A DNA stretch of 64,000 nucleotides from contig CBDCRP010000003.1 of assembly GCA_965221165.1 (NCBI GenBank), forward strand, positions 288,001 to 352,000, read 5' to 3'. Positions within the stretch are counted from its first letter, which is position 1, and the number at the start of each line of letters is the position of its first letter. Position numbers and translations under genes: made by a program. Positions 47,904 through 57,484 of the stretch are shown here, piece by piece. The stretch comes from a bacterium (GTDB taxonomy: Bacteria > UBA8248). The notes beneath the pieces were generated by a model. That model saw only the letters and a list, made by a program, of their open reading frames with translations. It ran no database searches and was not told where the DNA came from.

Positions 47904-48689
47904 TTATTCAAAAGACCAGTGAATACGCCTATACTCCTCCGGAGTCGGCAAGCATGGGTTTTCCCTGAACTGAATCACCCTTTCGAGAAAAACATCCACC
48001 TCCTCAGGCTCTAAAAGCGCATCCATCTCACCTCTTAAAGAGTTGTCACGATTACCCAAGCTGTCTTCCAGGCGCTTGATATCCTTCACCTGCTCCTCGG
48101 GCAGGGAAATTCCCGAGTAATCCCAGATGACGGTTCGCAGCTTCGGCTCGGAATGAAACGTGAGGCCATGGTCAATTCCCCAGACGCGACCGTCTTCGGA
48201 CTTGAAGCAATGCCCTCCCTTGCGATCCGTGTTGTTCACCATGATGTCGAAAGCCGCCAGCAACAATAACTCCGGGCGCTCCTCCTCCCGGAGCGTGAAA
48301 TAGTTCGATTTCCCGTCATAAGGCACGCACAACTGCATGGAACCCTCGCCATGCGGGCCTTCGCGAATCACCGTCGGGGGAACGAGATGCCATCCCAAAT
48401 GGTGGCTCACCAAAAAAGAGCATCTCTCCCGGAAATGAAGCGTCCCGTAAGGAAAATCCCAAAGGGGCCTCTCCCCGCTCGCCGGCTTGTATATCCCCCA
48501 AAACTGAAAATCCCCAGCACCCATCTTGACGGCGAACGTATAGTTCGAGCCTTGCGGCACCAGCTCGCCGTCCAGAATTTTTGAATTCAGAAGGAGGTTT
48601 TCGATTTCCTCTGGTTCGAACCGATACGCTTGCGATTCCGGCGGATCCACAATTTCCGGGCCTCTACGAGGTGAAGATTTCCGGGCCAC
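47904..48689 (-). CDS. SCO1664-family protein (PI3/PI4-kinase-like)
   Basis: GSNYTF, IYKPASGERPLWDFP.GTL, VPPTVIREGPHGEGSMQ, NNTDRKGGH, GIDHGLTF and KLRTVIW motifs. Confidence 0.88.
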   Translation of the reverse strand: MARKSSPRRGPEIVDPPESQAYRFEPEEIENLLLNSKILDGELVPQGSNYTFAVKMGAGDFQFWGIYKPASGERPLWDFPYGTLHFRERCSFLVSHHLGWHLVPPTVIREGPHGEGSMQLCVPYDGKSNYFTLREEERPELLLLAAFDIMVNNTDRKGGHCFKSEDGRVWGIDHGLTFHSEPKLRTVIWDYSGISLPEEQVKDIKRLEDSLGNRDNSLRGEMDALLEPEEVDVFLERVIQFRENPCLPTPEEYRRIHWSFE

Positions 48690-48721
48690 GAGATTTTCCT
48701 GTCGAATAAGATGGCAGCGAT

Positions 48722-49297
48722 TTAATGATGAAAATGCCCGTTCGTATTGGGGTCGACCTTGCCGGTGGCCACCATGGCATGACGGGAGAGCGCATCCGTC
48801 CCCCGCCCGGACGAGCATTCATTCAGGCTTTGGGTAATGAATTCATCCATCTGCGTATGCGCGAGATTCACTTGCAACGCGGCGGGGCCGATAGCTTCTT
48901 CTTCGAATTCTTCTTCTGAAGGCTCCTCCTCCGTGGCAACCTCATCGCGCTCATCATAAAAAAAGACCGTAACGCGACCCTTACCCGGACCATGCGCCAG
49001 CCCCAAACGACTTACCTTGAACTCGATCGACCCCCCGGAACTCACCGGAGCGGAATCCGCCTCGCCAATGTCCGGAAAATCCGCCTCCTCCTCCACGCGC
49101 CCTTCTTCTCCCTTCGCTTCGGCCATCTTCTTCATCGCCATCGAAAGGCCGTAGACCTGTTCTTTTTCCAGCCAAAGCGTGGCGGCCGCCTTCGAGGGGC
49201 AATCGATCAGAATGCGAAAAATCCTTTTCCCGGCAACGCCAATCGCTTCTGTTTGAATTTTTCCGACTTCGCCGAAATTATATTTTGCAGAATCCAT
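48722..49297 (-). CDS. DUF3090 family protein
   Basis: EAIGVAGKRIFRI, LWLEKEQV, EFKVSRLGL, SSGR and a C-terminal DPNTNGH; directly upstream of the SCO1664-like gene. Confidence 0.75.
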   Translation of the reverse strand: MDSAKYNFGEVGKIQTEAIGVAGKRIFRILIDCPSKAAATLWLEKEQVYGLSMAMKKMAEAKGEEGRVEEEADFPDIGEADSAPVSSGGSIEFKVSRLGLAHGPGKGRVTVFFYDERDEVATEEEPSEEEFEEEAIGPAALQVNLAHTQMDEFITQSLNECSSGRGTDALSRHAMVATGKVDPNTNGHFHH

Positions 49298-49483
49298 GTG
49301 AGATATAAAACTCCGCGATGCGAATAAGAAACATCTCTTGAAAGATATACCATAAACGGATGTCCCACCCTTGTCTATTCAATTTTCCCTCGCCATCGCT
49401 TTCGGTTTCGCTGATGAGAAATTGCGTTTATAATCCCGCAAACAGCCCGCACCACATTAACCTATGGCCCGAGAATACAGCGC

Positions 49484-49645
49484 ATGGCGAAAAAAAATCC
49501 CCGCAAACCCGCCGCCGTCAAACACGGCTTGCTGGAGTATCTGCTCTTGAGCGTTCTCGTGCTCGTCGTCGTCGTTACGGCATGGACGCTCTACGACAAC
49601 GGAATCATCGACACGTTCATGGATATCATCAAAGGCAGCCCCTGA
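49484..49645 (+). CDS. Small Flp-pilin-like membrane peptide (53 aa, below the ORF-track cutoff)
   Basis: Read manually: MAKKNPRKPAAVKHGLLEYLLLSVLVLVVVVTAWTLYDNGIIDTFMDIIKGSP. Basic leader, GLLEY and a hydrophobic helix; a TATAAT lies upstream near 49428. Confidence 0.55.
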   Translation: MAKKNPRKPAAVKHGLLEYLLLSVLVLVVVVTAWTLYDNGIIDTFMDIIKGSP

Positions 49646-49648
49646 ATT

Positions 49649-50269
49649 CTACCCGCCGGACAACCGCGCTTCCTCTTCTGCGAGGTCCGCAGCCCCCGCC
49701 GCACCCTCGAGCGCCTCATCCAGGCGAACGCCCAGACCCAGGGCCACACGGTTGATGAAATTAAAATAGGCCGTCACGGACACCAACTCGACGATGGCGG
49801 CGTCATCGAGCCCCGCCTTTCTTAATTCTTCCACGTCGGACCTATTCATATCACTCGGCGAGGTCGTCAGCTTTCGGGAAAATTCGAGCATCGCCCGCTC
49901 GCGATTCGTGAGGTCAGCACTCTCAGGCTCTCGCTTGAGCGCCTTTGCGCGATCGTCATCGCCCGACGCCTGACGGAGAAACTCCCCGTGGCTGGTGGTT
50001 CAATAAAAACAATCGTTTTCCTTCGATACCGCGGTAGCGATGAATTCGCGCTCGGCTTTCGTCAGATTCTCCTCCGTCTGCATCAGGGTGAGGTAGAGCC
50101 GGCGATGCGCGCGCATGATCTCGGGCCGGTTCCCGAACGGGCGCGAGATGTTGACGATATAACCAAGCGCTTTGAGATTGGCGTCATAGGTCTGCTTCAC
50201 GATTCCCGTAGCCTCCTCCACGGGAACCGTATATACCCAGGCGGGCGCCTTGTCGGCATCATTCATCAA
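49649..50269 (-). CDS. AhpD/carboxymuconolactone decarboxylase-like peroxidase-related selenoprotein (CxxU)
   Basis: ORFs 50000-50269 and 49649-49891 are in the same frame and separated only by TGA at 50002-50000: EREFIATAVSKENDCFY-U-TTSHGEFLRQ...RERAMLEFSRKLT...YFNFINRVALGLG. This matches the AhpD ExxAxxVSxxNxCxxCxxxH motif. Confidence 0.88.
49973..49989 (-). promoter_or_regulatory. Putative bacterial SECIS element
   Basis: ACGGGGA-GTT-TCTCCGT is a 7-bp stem (one G.U pair) with a G-containing apical loop, starting at +11 after the UGA. Confidence 0.7.
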
Positions 50270-50435
50270 TCCACGTTTCTCCCATAAATTCGACTCACCA
50301 AAGGCGAAGCATCAAGTCTCCATACCATGGATCCAGGGCAAACAAAATCGGAGTGCGAAAAGCGGAAACCCGCTACACAGCTTCGGGTGAAAAATGGTAG
50401 CCTCCATCACATCGTAAACCAACAGAGGACGCTCA

Positions 50436-51242
50436 TTGGCTCGGCTCATATCCAAAACGATACACACTCCCGACGGCCCGCTCGCCTATACGGAAGCGGG
50501 GTCACTCGATAAAGATCCCCTCCTCTTCGTTCATGGAGGCTTCGGGGCGGCGAACCACTGGCTCAAGAACCAGGCCTTCTTCGCCGCGCACTACCGCACC
50601 CTGGCGGTCGACCTCCCCGCCTTCGGCGAAAGCTACCTGCCGCCGAAACCACACACGGCCGCTTCGGTCACCGGGGGCATCGGGCGTCTGCTCGACGGGC
50701 TGGGAATCGGGGAGTGCGCATGCGTGGCCTTTTCTTTCGGCGCTACGATGAGCGTGACGTATTGCCAGGAAAACGCCTCCCGGTTCAGGAAACTCGTTTT
50801 GCTGGGACCGGGGGGGCTCGGGCTCACGGGCGACGTCAAACTAGGGGATGAGCGCCGCGTCACCAGAGAGATGAGTCCCGAGGAAAAACACGAGGTATTC
50901 GTTCACAACCAAAAGGCGCTGATGTTCAAAAAACCGGAGTGCGCCGATGAAGCGTATCTCCTCCAGGCCTGGGCGAATCTCAAGAATTCGCGAATGAACA
51001 TCTACGCCATGAACCGCGAACCCTACTTGCCGGATTTGCTGCCGGCGTGTTCCATGCCCTTGCTCATATTGTGGGGGGATGCCGACGTAATCGCCCACCC
51101 GACGCCCGAGGAACGCCGGAACGCTTGCCAAAAAGCCGCCCCCCATGCAGAACTGGATATTATTCCGGACGCCGGCCACATGGCCCAATGGGAACAACCC
51201 GACGTTTTCAACGAACGTGTATGGAAATTCTTGAGGTCATAA
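50436..51242 (+). CDS. Alpha/beta hydrolase
   Basis: FVHGGFG, DLPAFGES, AFSFGA, WGDAD and AGHMAQWEQP motifs. Confidence 0.88.
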   Translation: MARLISKTIHTPDGPLAYTEAGSLDKDPLLFVHGGFGAANHWLKNQAFFAAHYRTLAVDLPAFGESYLPPKPHTAASVTGGIGRLLDGLGIGECACVAFSFGATMSVTYCQENASRFRKLVLLGPGGLGLTGDVKLGDERRVTREMSPEEKHEVFVHNQKALMFKKPECADEAYLLQAWANLKNSRMNIYAMNREPYLPDLLPACSMPLLILWGDADVIAHPTPEERRNACQKAAPHAELDIIPDAGHMAQWEQPDVFNERVWKFLRS

Positions 51243-51272
51243 AAATTCATCATCCTCCGAGGAGAACGCTTC

Positions 51273-52040
51273 ATGGGTAATACGAGCTTTGATTTTTCCG
51301 GACAGGTCGCCGTCGTCACGGGCGCATCGCGCGGCATCGGCAAAGGATCGGCGGAGAAATTCGCCGAGGCGGGCGCCAAGGTGTATCTCATCGACATCGA
51401 CATCGATCCCGGAGAGGCCGCCGCCGCAGGTATCCGCGAAGGTGGGGGCGACGCCACTTTTATCGATTGCGACCTCACGGATTCCGTGGCCGTAAAACAG
51501 ATGATTGAACGCATCGCAAGCGAAGGAGGCAGCATAGATATTTTCGTCAACTGCGCGGGCGGTTTTTACCAGCAGCTATCCACGGGCGATACGTCGGAAG
51601 ATGAATGGGACGCCGTAGTGGACAGAAACTTGAAAAGCGTATTTTTGACTTCGAAACATCTGACGCCTGTTTTCGAGCGACAAAACAGCGGCTGCGTTAT
51701 CAACCTGGGCTCCATGTCGGGCATCACCACGCTCCAGCCGTCCTCCCCGCCCTATGCGGCCGCCAAGGCGGGCGTTCATGCCCTGACCCGCGTGCTCGCC
51801 TACGAGCTGGGGCAATACAACGTGCGCGTGAACGCCATTGCGCCGGGAACGACGGCGACCGAGCGCGTCATCGCGGTGCGCTCCGAAGAACAGCGCGAGA
51901 TGATCGGCAAGGGCACGCTTTTGGGCCGCATCGCCGAGGTGGACGACATGGTGGGCTGGGTGCTCATGCTGGCCTCGCCCGAATCCGCCTATCTCACGGG
52001 CCAGACCATCGCCGTGAACGCGGGACGCTACATGTCTTAG
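51273..52040 (+). CDS. Short-chain dehydrogenase/reductase
   Basis: TGASRGIG, NCAG, YAAAK and NAIAPG motifs. Confidence 0.93.
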   Translation: MGNTSFDFSGQVAVVTGASRGIGKGSAEKFAEAGAKVYLIDIDIDPGEAAAAGIREGGGDATFIDCDLTDSVAVKQMIERIASEGGSIDIFVNCAGGFYQQLSTGDTSEDEWDAVVDRNLKSVFLTSKHLTPVFERQNSGCVINLGSMSGITTLQPSSPPYAAAKAGVHALTRVLAYELGQYNVRVNAIAPGTTATERVIAVRSEEQREMIGKGTLLGRIAEVDDMVGWVLMLASPESAYLTGQTIAVNAGRYMS

Positions 52041-52086
52041 ATGTGGCGATGATTTTACGCACTGACAGCTATTTCGAGGACCTTCG

Positions 52087-52710
52087 ATGAGCGAATACCA
52101 GGAATTCGACCCCAACGAGATAGAGCGGCGCGAGGTGTACCGGCTGCTCACCGGCTCCATCGTTCCCCGCCCCATCGGCTGGGCGTCATCCATCAGCAAA
52201 GACGGGATTTACAACATAGCGCCTTTCAGCTTCTTCACCTGCGTGTGCGTCGCGCCGCCGATGATATCGCTCACCGTGGCGCGAAATCCCGATGGAACCA
52301 AAAAGCACACACTCATCAACGCGGAGGAAACCGGAGAATTCTGCTTCAACGTGGTCACCGAGCGCCACTGGGAGCAGATGGTCGATACGGCGAACGGCAT
52401 TCCGGCGCAGGAGAGCGAGTTCGACGCCACCGGCCTCGAACAGGTTCCCGCCAAGAAAGTGAAAGCGCCCCGCATCAAGGACGCGCCCATTCACTTCGAG
52501 TGCAAGACCCACAACGTGTTCGAACTGGGACCGAACAAACACCCGCTTCTAATCGGAGAAGTCGTCTATTTCCACGTCAATCCGGACGTCATGACGCGCA
52601 AATACATCGACATGAAAAAACTGGGTCCCATCGGCCGCTTAAACGGCTTTTGGCAATGCACGCTCGGGGAACTCCTGGAAAGAAGTTTCGAGGACGGCCA
52701 ACCGAGATAG
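52087..52710 (+). CDS. Flavin reductase-like FMN-binding protein (DIM6/NTAB family)
   Basis: YRLLTGSIVPRPIGW, NIAPFSFF, APRIKDAPIHFEC and IGRLNG motifs; paralog of the gene at 623-1267. Confidence 0.9.
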   Translation: MSEYQEFDPNEIERREVYRLLTGSIVPRPIGWASSISKDGIYNIAPFSFFTCVCVAPPMISLTVARNPDGTKKHTLINAEETGEFCFNVVTERHWEQMVDTANGIPAQESEFDATGLEQVPAKKVKAPRIKDAPIHFECKTHNVFELGPNKHPLLIGEVVYFHVNPDVMTRKYIDMKKLGPIGRLNGFWQCTLGELLERSFEDGQPR

Positions 52711-52807
52711 GGCGGGGAGGCTTCATCCCGGCCGTTTTGGCGATGCGGAGCAGAACGAGCCTGAAAATAACTAGAATATACTTTATATATTCAACATAAT
52801 ATATTGT

Positions 52808-53014
52808 TTACCCTGCATCGAATCCGGTATCTTGAACGGCGGCGCGCAAGGCGCCGAGAGTCGTCGCCTTTTCATCGAAAACGACCGTCGCCTTGCCCCC
52901 CTCCAGATCGACGGCGGCCTCGGCCACGCCTTTTACACCACTGAGCGCCTCGTGCACTGCGGATTGGCACATCTCACAACTCATTCCGCCTACGGCGATC
53001 TCCGCTTTTTCCAT
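52808..53014 (-). CDS. copZ: Copper chaperone (HMA domain)
   Basis: GGMSCEMC in a single HMA domain, downstream of copA. Confidence 0.9.
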   Translation of the reverse strand: MEKAEIAVGGMSCEMCQSAVHEALSGVKGVAEAAVDLEGGKATVVFDEKATTLGALRAAVQDTGFDAG

Positions 53015-53136
53015 TTGAAATCTCTCTCCATTCAAGAAAACCGAGTCGATACAGGGTCCACAAAGGCTCCGGGATTACTCCAAAACATGCCTCGGGCGAG
53101 AAAACAATGGCCCCGCGGCAAGCCGCCCGCCGAAAT

Positions 53137-55548
53137 CTAGTCCACACTCCCCGAATGGGTGGGCTTCCATTTTCGCAACAACAAGGTGTTCGACACGACG
53201 GATACGGAACTGAACGCCATGGCCGCCCCCGCAACGACGGGGCTTAAAAACCCGAACGCCGCCAGGGGTATGCCGAGAACGTTGTAGAAAAACGCCCAAA
53301 ACAGGTTCTGGCGAATTTTCCGCATCACAGTCTTCGATAGGTGAACCCCCGCCACGACGCCCATCAAATCGCCCTGCATCAGCGTGATGTCCGATGCCTC
53401 CATGGCGATGTCCGTCCCCGTACCAATCGCGAACCCCACGTCCGCGGCGGCCAGAGCCGGGGCGTCGTTGATGCCGTCGCCCACCATGCCCACCTTTTTG
53501 TCGCCTCGTCTGAGTTGCTCCACCATGGCGGCCTTTTCATCCGGCATCACGCCCGCCATCACTTGGGCGATGCCCGCTTGCGACGCCATGGCCCGCGCCG
53601 TTCGCTCGTTGTCGCCCGTCATCATATAGACCTCGATTCCCATGCGCTGGAGCGCTTCGACCGCTTCGGCCGAACCCTCCTTCAGGGTATCGGCGACGCC
53701 GATTGCGCCCAGCAAACCCTCTCGATCGGCGATGAGCACCACGGTTTTCCCCTGCGACTCGAGATGGTGAATCTCATCGATATGGCCAGGTGCGCCCACG
53801 CCATGCTCGGCCATGAACTTTTCGTTGCCCAGGTATATTTTTCGCCCCCCTACTCCCGCTTCCAGGCCATGTCCGGGGTAGGCCCTGAAATCACGCATCT
53901 CGAGTAATTCCGCGCCGCGCGCTTCGGCCTCATCCACTATCGCCACCCCCAAGGGGTGTTCCGAACCTTGCTCCGCACTCGCCGCGAGCCTGAGCAACTC
54001 CCCTTCGGGCAACCCGTTCAGCGGCAATATGTCGGTCACCACGGGGGCTCCCCGGGTCAGCGTGCCCGTCTTGTCCATGACGATGGCGTCGAGTTTGTGC
54101 GCCGTTTCCAGAGACTCGCCGCCTTTGATGAGAATGCCCGCCTCGGCCCCTTTTCCCGTGCCCACCATGATGGCCGTAGGCGTCGCCAGCCCCAAGGCGC
54201 ACGGGCACGCGATGACCAAAACGGCGACGGCGTTTATCAGCGCGGGCGCGAACGGCCCCACGGCGTCCCATAGAACATACGTGACGACCGCAATTACCAG
54301 CACGACGGGCACGAAAATGCCCGAAACCCTGTCCGCGGTGCGCTGAATCGGGGCCTTGGAGCCTTGCGCCTGCTCCACCATGCGTATTATCTGGGCCAGC
54401 AGCGTTTCTTTTCCCACCCTCAAAGCCCGGAACTTCACCGCTCCGTCGATGTTGAGCGTAGCCCCGGTAACGCCGTCCCCCACTTGTTTTTCCGCGGGAA
54501 TGCTCTCGCCCGTGAGCATCGACTCATCCACGGAAGTCGCGCCCTCCACGATAATCCCGTCCACAGGATATTTCTCGCCCGGCCGCACCATCACGACGTC
54601 CCCAACCCGGACTTGATCTACGGGGACCTCGTGCTCCTCCCCGTCGCGGAGTACCCGCGCCGTCTTCGCCTGAAGCCCCATCAATTTTTTTATCGCCTCG
54701 GAAGTTTTGCCCATGGCGCGCTCTTCGAGCACCTTTCCGAGCAAAATGAGCGTAATCAGAATCGCGGACGCCTCGAAATACACGTGGTTCGCGCTCAAGC
54801 CCCACAGGGTCACCACGCTGCTGTGCAGCCATGCCGCGCTCGTACCCAGGGCGACGAGAACGTCCATGTTCGCACCACCGCCCATCAGCGAATGATACGC
54901 CCCCCGGTAAAACCGCCGGCCCACGATGAACTGCACGGGCGTGGCGAGTGCGAATTGCCACCATCTGGGGAATTCCCAGCCCCCTGCGCCCGGGAGCATG
55001 CCCGCCATCTGTATGAGAAGCGGTGCGGATAAAACTGAAGAGAGGAGCAAAAGACGCATATTTTTTTGAAGCTGCCGCTCTCGTTTCAGCTTCTCCGCAT
55101 CTTGTTCTTCATCCATCACGAGACGGGCCGGATATCCCGCCTGCTCCACGTATTCGAGAATCTCATCGGCAGAAACGACGGCCGGCTGGAATTCGACCCG
55201 GCCACGGCCCCTCATGTGGTCCACACGGGAGGATAAAACGCCATCGAGCCCGTTTAACCGTTCCTCCAGGCGGGCGGTATCCGTCGCGTTGTCCAACCCT
55301 TCTATGGCGAGTTCGACTTGGGAATGCGGAACGCGGAAACCTGTTTTTTCGACCCTTTCGGCGATATCGGCGGGCGTCACCTGGGCGGGAACGAACTCGA
55401 CCTGCGCGCGCGCCAGGGTCAGATTCACATTGGCGCGCAATACGCCATCGAGCGCGCCGAGCCGTTTTTCCAGCCTTGCGGAACACGCCGCGCACGACAT
55501 GCCCTCGACCGGAATCTCCAATTTTTCAGGAATGGAATTTATCGACAT
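53137..55548 (-). CDS. copA: Cu(I)-exporting P1B-type ATPase
   Basis: [33 protein letters not shown] and MAFSS motifs. Confidence 0.95.
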   Translation of the reverse strand: MSINSIPEKLEIPVEGMSCAACSARLEKRLGALDGVLRANVNLTLARAQVEFVPAQVTPADIAERVEKTGFRVPHSQVELAIEGLDNATDTARLEERLNGLDGVLSSRVDHMRGRGRVEFQPAVVSADEILEYVEQAGYPARLVMDEEQDAEKLKRERQLQKNMRLLLLSSVLSAPLLIQMAGMLPGAGGWEFPRWWQFALATPVQFIVGRRFYRGAYHSLMGGGANMDVLVALGTSAAWLHSSVVTLWGLSANHVYFEASAILITLILLGKVLEERAMGKTSEAIKKLMGLQAKTARVLRDGEEHEVPVDQVRVGDVVMVRPGEKYPVDGIIVEGATSVDESMLTGESIPAEKQVGDGVTGATLNIDGAVKFRALRVGKETLLAQIIRMVEQAQGSKAPIQRTADRVSGIFVPVVLVIAVVTYVLWDAVGPFAPALINAVAVLVIACPCALGLATPTAIMVGTGKGAEAGILIKGGESLETAHKLDAIVMDKTGTLTRGAPVVTDILPLNGLPEGELLRLAASAEQGSEHPLGVAIVDEAEARGAELLEMRDFRAYPGHGLEAGVGGRKIYLGNEKFMAEHGVGAPGHIDEIHHLESQGKTVVLIADREGLLGAIGVADTLKEGSAEAVEALQRMGIEVYMMTGDNERTARAMASQAGIAQVMAGVMPDEKAAMVEQLRRGDKKVGMVGDGINDAPALAAADVGFAIGTGTDIAMEASDITLMQGDLMGVVAGVHLSKTVMRKIRQNLFWAFFYNVLGIPLAAFGFLSPVVAGAAMAFSSVSVVSNTLLLRKWKPTHSGSVD

Positions 55549-55557
55549 ACCGCACTC

Positions 55558-56706
55558 CTAGCCCAAGGCCTGAAGTTTTACGCTCACGCTCATCCGGTTC
55601 CCGCCGCGCATGTAGTGGACTTCTACGACGTCCCCCACCTTATGCGCATCCAGCGCGTCCAATAAGTCATCGAGCGAGGCAACGGATTTCTCCGCCACGC
55701 CTACAATAACGTCCCCGAGCACGAGCCGGCCTCCCCGGCCTCTTCCCGTGCCGCGCAACCCTGCGGCCTCGGCCGCGCTGCCTTTTTGCACGCGAATGAT
55801 CAACACCCCTCGTATTCCCAGGCGCTGCGTCGTTCCCCTGTCGGCCACGTGGATGCCGAGACCCGGCCTGATGACGCGGCCATGACGAATCAGTTGGGGC
55901 ACCACCCTGTTCACGGTATCCACGGGAACCGCGAAACCGATGCCCGAACTGGAGCCGGAAGGGCTGAAAATGGCGGTGTTGACGCCTATGAGACGACCGG
56001 CGCTGTCCAGGAGAGGTCCCCCGGAATTCCCCGGGTTGATCGCCGCGTCGGTTTGAATGACGCCGCTGATTTTTCGGCCCGACACGCCGTTTATCTCGCG
56101 CCCCAGGGCGCTGATGATCCCCGTCGTGAGCGTTTGGTCCAACCCGAAGGGATTGCCGATGGCGAACACCCTTTGGCCCACCTGCAAGTTGCCCGACTGG
56201 CCGATGGCGATCGGCTTCAGGCGGGTTCTCGGCGCGTTGATGAAGAGAACCGCCAGATCCCGATCCGGCGATACTCCCACCACGCTCGCATCCCACTCGG
56301 AGTTATCCGCCAGGGTGACGCGCAGGGAGCTCGTTCCCTGAACGACGTGAAAGTTCGTGATGATGTGTCCCTGATTGTTCCAGACGATGCCCGAGCCCGT
56401 GCCTTGCGGAATCTCGAACGTGTTGAGGCTGAACCTGTCGCGCCTCATCGCCAGCCTCGTGATGTAGGCGACCGACGGGGAGGAGATGCGGAAAAGCTCT
56501 ATGTTGGATTTTTCTTCGGAAGCGAGATCGCCACGCGGGGTGACGACGCGGGGCACGGCGTTCGGGTCATGAACACCGCCGAAATAGCGCTCCGCGAACA
56601 GCCACGCGAGGGCTGCGCCCAGTAAAAAAACGCACCACAGGAGCCATCGCCATCTGCTGGATCGCAGGTGGCTGCCCCGCCTGAATTCATGATCTCCCCC
56701 GTTCAT
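55558..56706 (-). CDS. HtrA/DegP-family serine protease with one PDZ domain
   Basis: TM anchor, GSG, TNFHV, DLAVL, TDAAINPGNSGGPL and a PDZ domain. Confidence 0.93.
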   Translation of the reverse strand: MNGGDHEFRRGSHLRSSRWRWLLWCVFLLGAALAWLFAERYFGGVHDPNAVPRVVTPRGDLASEEKSNIELFRISSPSVAYITRLAMRRDRFSLNTFEIPQGTGSGIVWNNQGHIITNFHVVQGTSSLRVTLADNSEWDASVVGVSPDRDLAVLFINAPRTRLKPIAIGQSGNLQVGQRVFAIGNPFGLDQTLTTGIISALGREINGVSGRKISGVIQTDAAINPGNSGGPLLDSAGRLIGVNTAIFSPSGSSSGIGFAVPVDTVNRVVPQLIRHGRVIRPGLGIHVADRGTTQRLGIRGVLIIRVQKGSAAEAAGLRGTGRGRGGRLVLGDVIVGVAEKSVASLDDLLDALDAHKVGDVVEVHYMRGGNRMSVSVKLQALG

Positions 56707-57335
56707 TCCGACTTCCCTTTCTGCGCCCAAGGCAGGCTCATGAAAGCACGCTCGCAGTCTTCGTATAAAGATGCCTCATCCCGGGAGCACCTCGCAATGA
56801 TATGCGCACCCTGAATTTGGGAGAAAAAAGAACGCGCATGTACAAGCGGGTCGACATTTTCGGGAAGTTCCCCCTCATCTTGCGACTGCGCCAATGCACG
56901 AGCGATTTTCTCGAAAACCCCGTCCCAAACCCCTTTGAGCCGCAGGCGCATCTCCTCATCCAGGGCGCTGAGTTCGAGCGACATGTTCCCGATGGGGCAT
57001 CCGCAGCACGGGGAATCCTGCATCGGCATCCGGGCGTAAAGCTCCGCCAGACGCCTTATTTTCTCACGCCCCTTCACTTGTGCATCAAACGAAGGGGAGA
57101 GGTAGTTTTCGTCAAGAAGATATTCATAGTGATCGATGACGGCGAGCCCTAAATTTTTCTTGGAGCGGAAAAAATAATACAAACTCCCCCGGTTCACCCG
57201 GGCGGCTTGCGCCACCATATCCAGCGAAGTGGCGTGAAACCCTCTGTGATAGACGAGCCTTGCGGCCGCTTCTATGATTTTTTGTTTCGTCGGGGATGCC
57301 TTTGGGCCTTTTGGGGGCGCCGTAGCCATTTCCAT
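56703..57335 (-). CDS. TetR/AcrR-family regulator (NemR-like C-terminal domain, Cys-rich)
   Basis: HTH GFHATSLDMVAQAARVNRGSLYYFFRSK and PCCGCPIGN. Confidence 0.92.
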   Translation of the reverse strand: MEMATAPPKGPKASPTKQKIIEAAARLVYHRGFHATSLDMVAQAARVNRGSLYYFFRSKKNLGLAVIDHYEYLLDENYLSPSFDAQVKGREKIRRLAELYARMPMQDSPCCGCPIGNMSLELSALDEEMRLRLKGVWDGVFEKIARALAQSQDEGELPENVDPLVHARSFFSQIQGAHIIARCSRDEASLYEDCERAFMSLPWAQKGKSE

Positions 57336-57426
57336 CTTCTCTCCCCTGTGCAAGTTGAAAACTCGCCTCCTTGAACCAATGCGCCGAAACCAGACCGAAA
57401 AGGCGCACAAGGCATATATAATATTT

Positions 57427-57448
57427 TTTAGTTAGTTAGTCAACTAAA
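57427..57448. promoter_or_regulatory. Candidate TetR operator
   Basis: TTTAGTT-N8-AACTAAA inverted repeat in the AT-rich region upstream of the TetR gene. Confidence 0.5.
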
Positions 57449-57484
57449 TTGGGGATATTTTCATAAGCCCATCGCGAAAATCCG

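Noticed and set aside
49649-50269. Interpretation as a pseudogene or as two separate small genes
   Set aside because: The stop is UGA exactly at a catalytic Cys position, the frame is preserved, and a SECIS-like hairpin follows.
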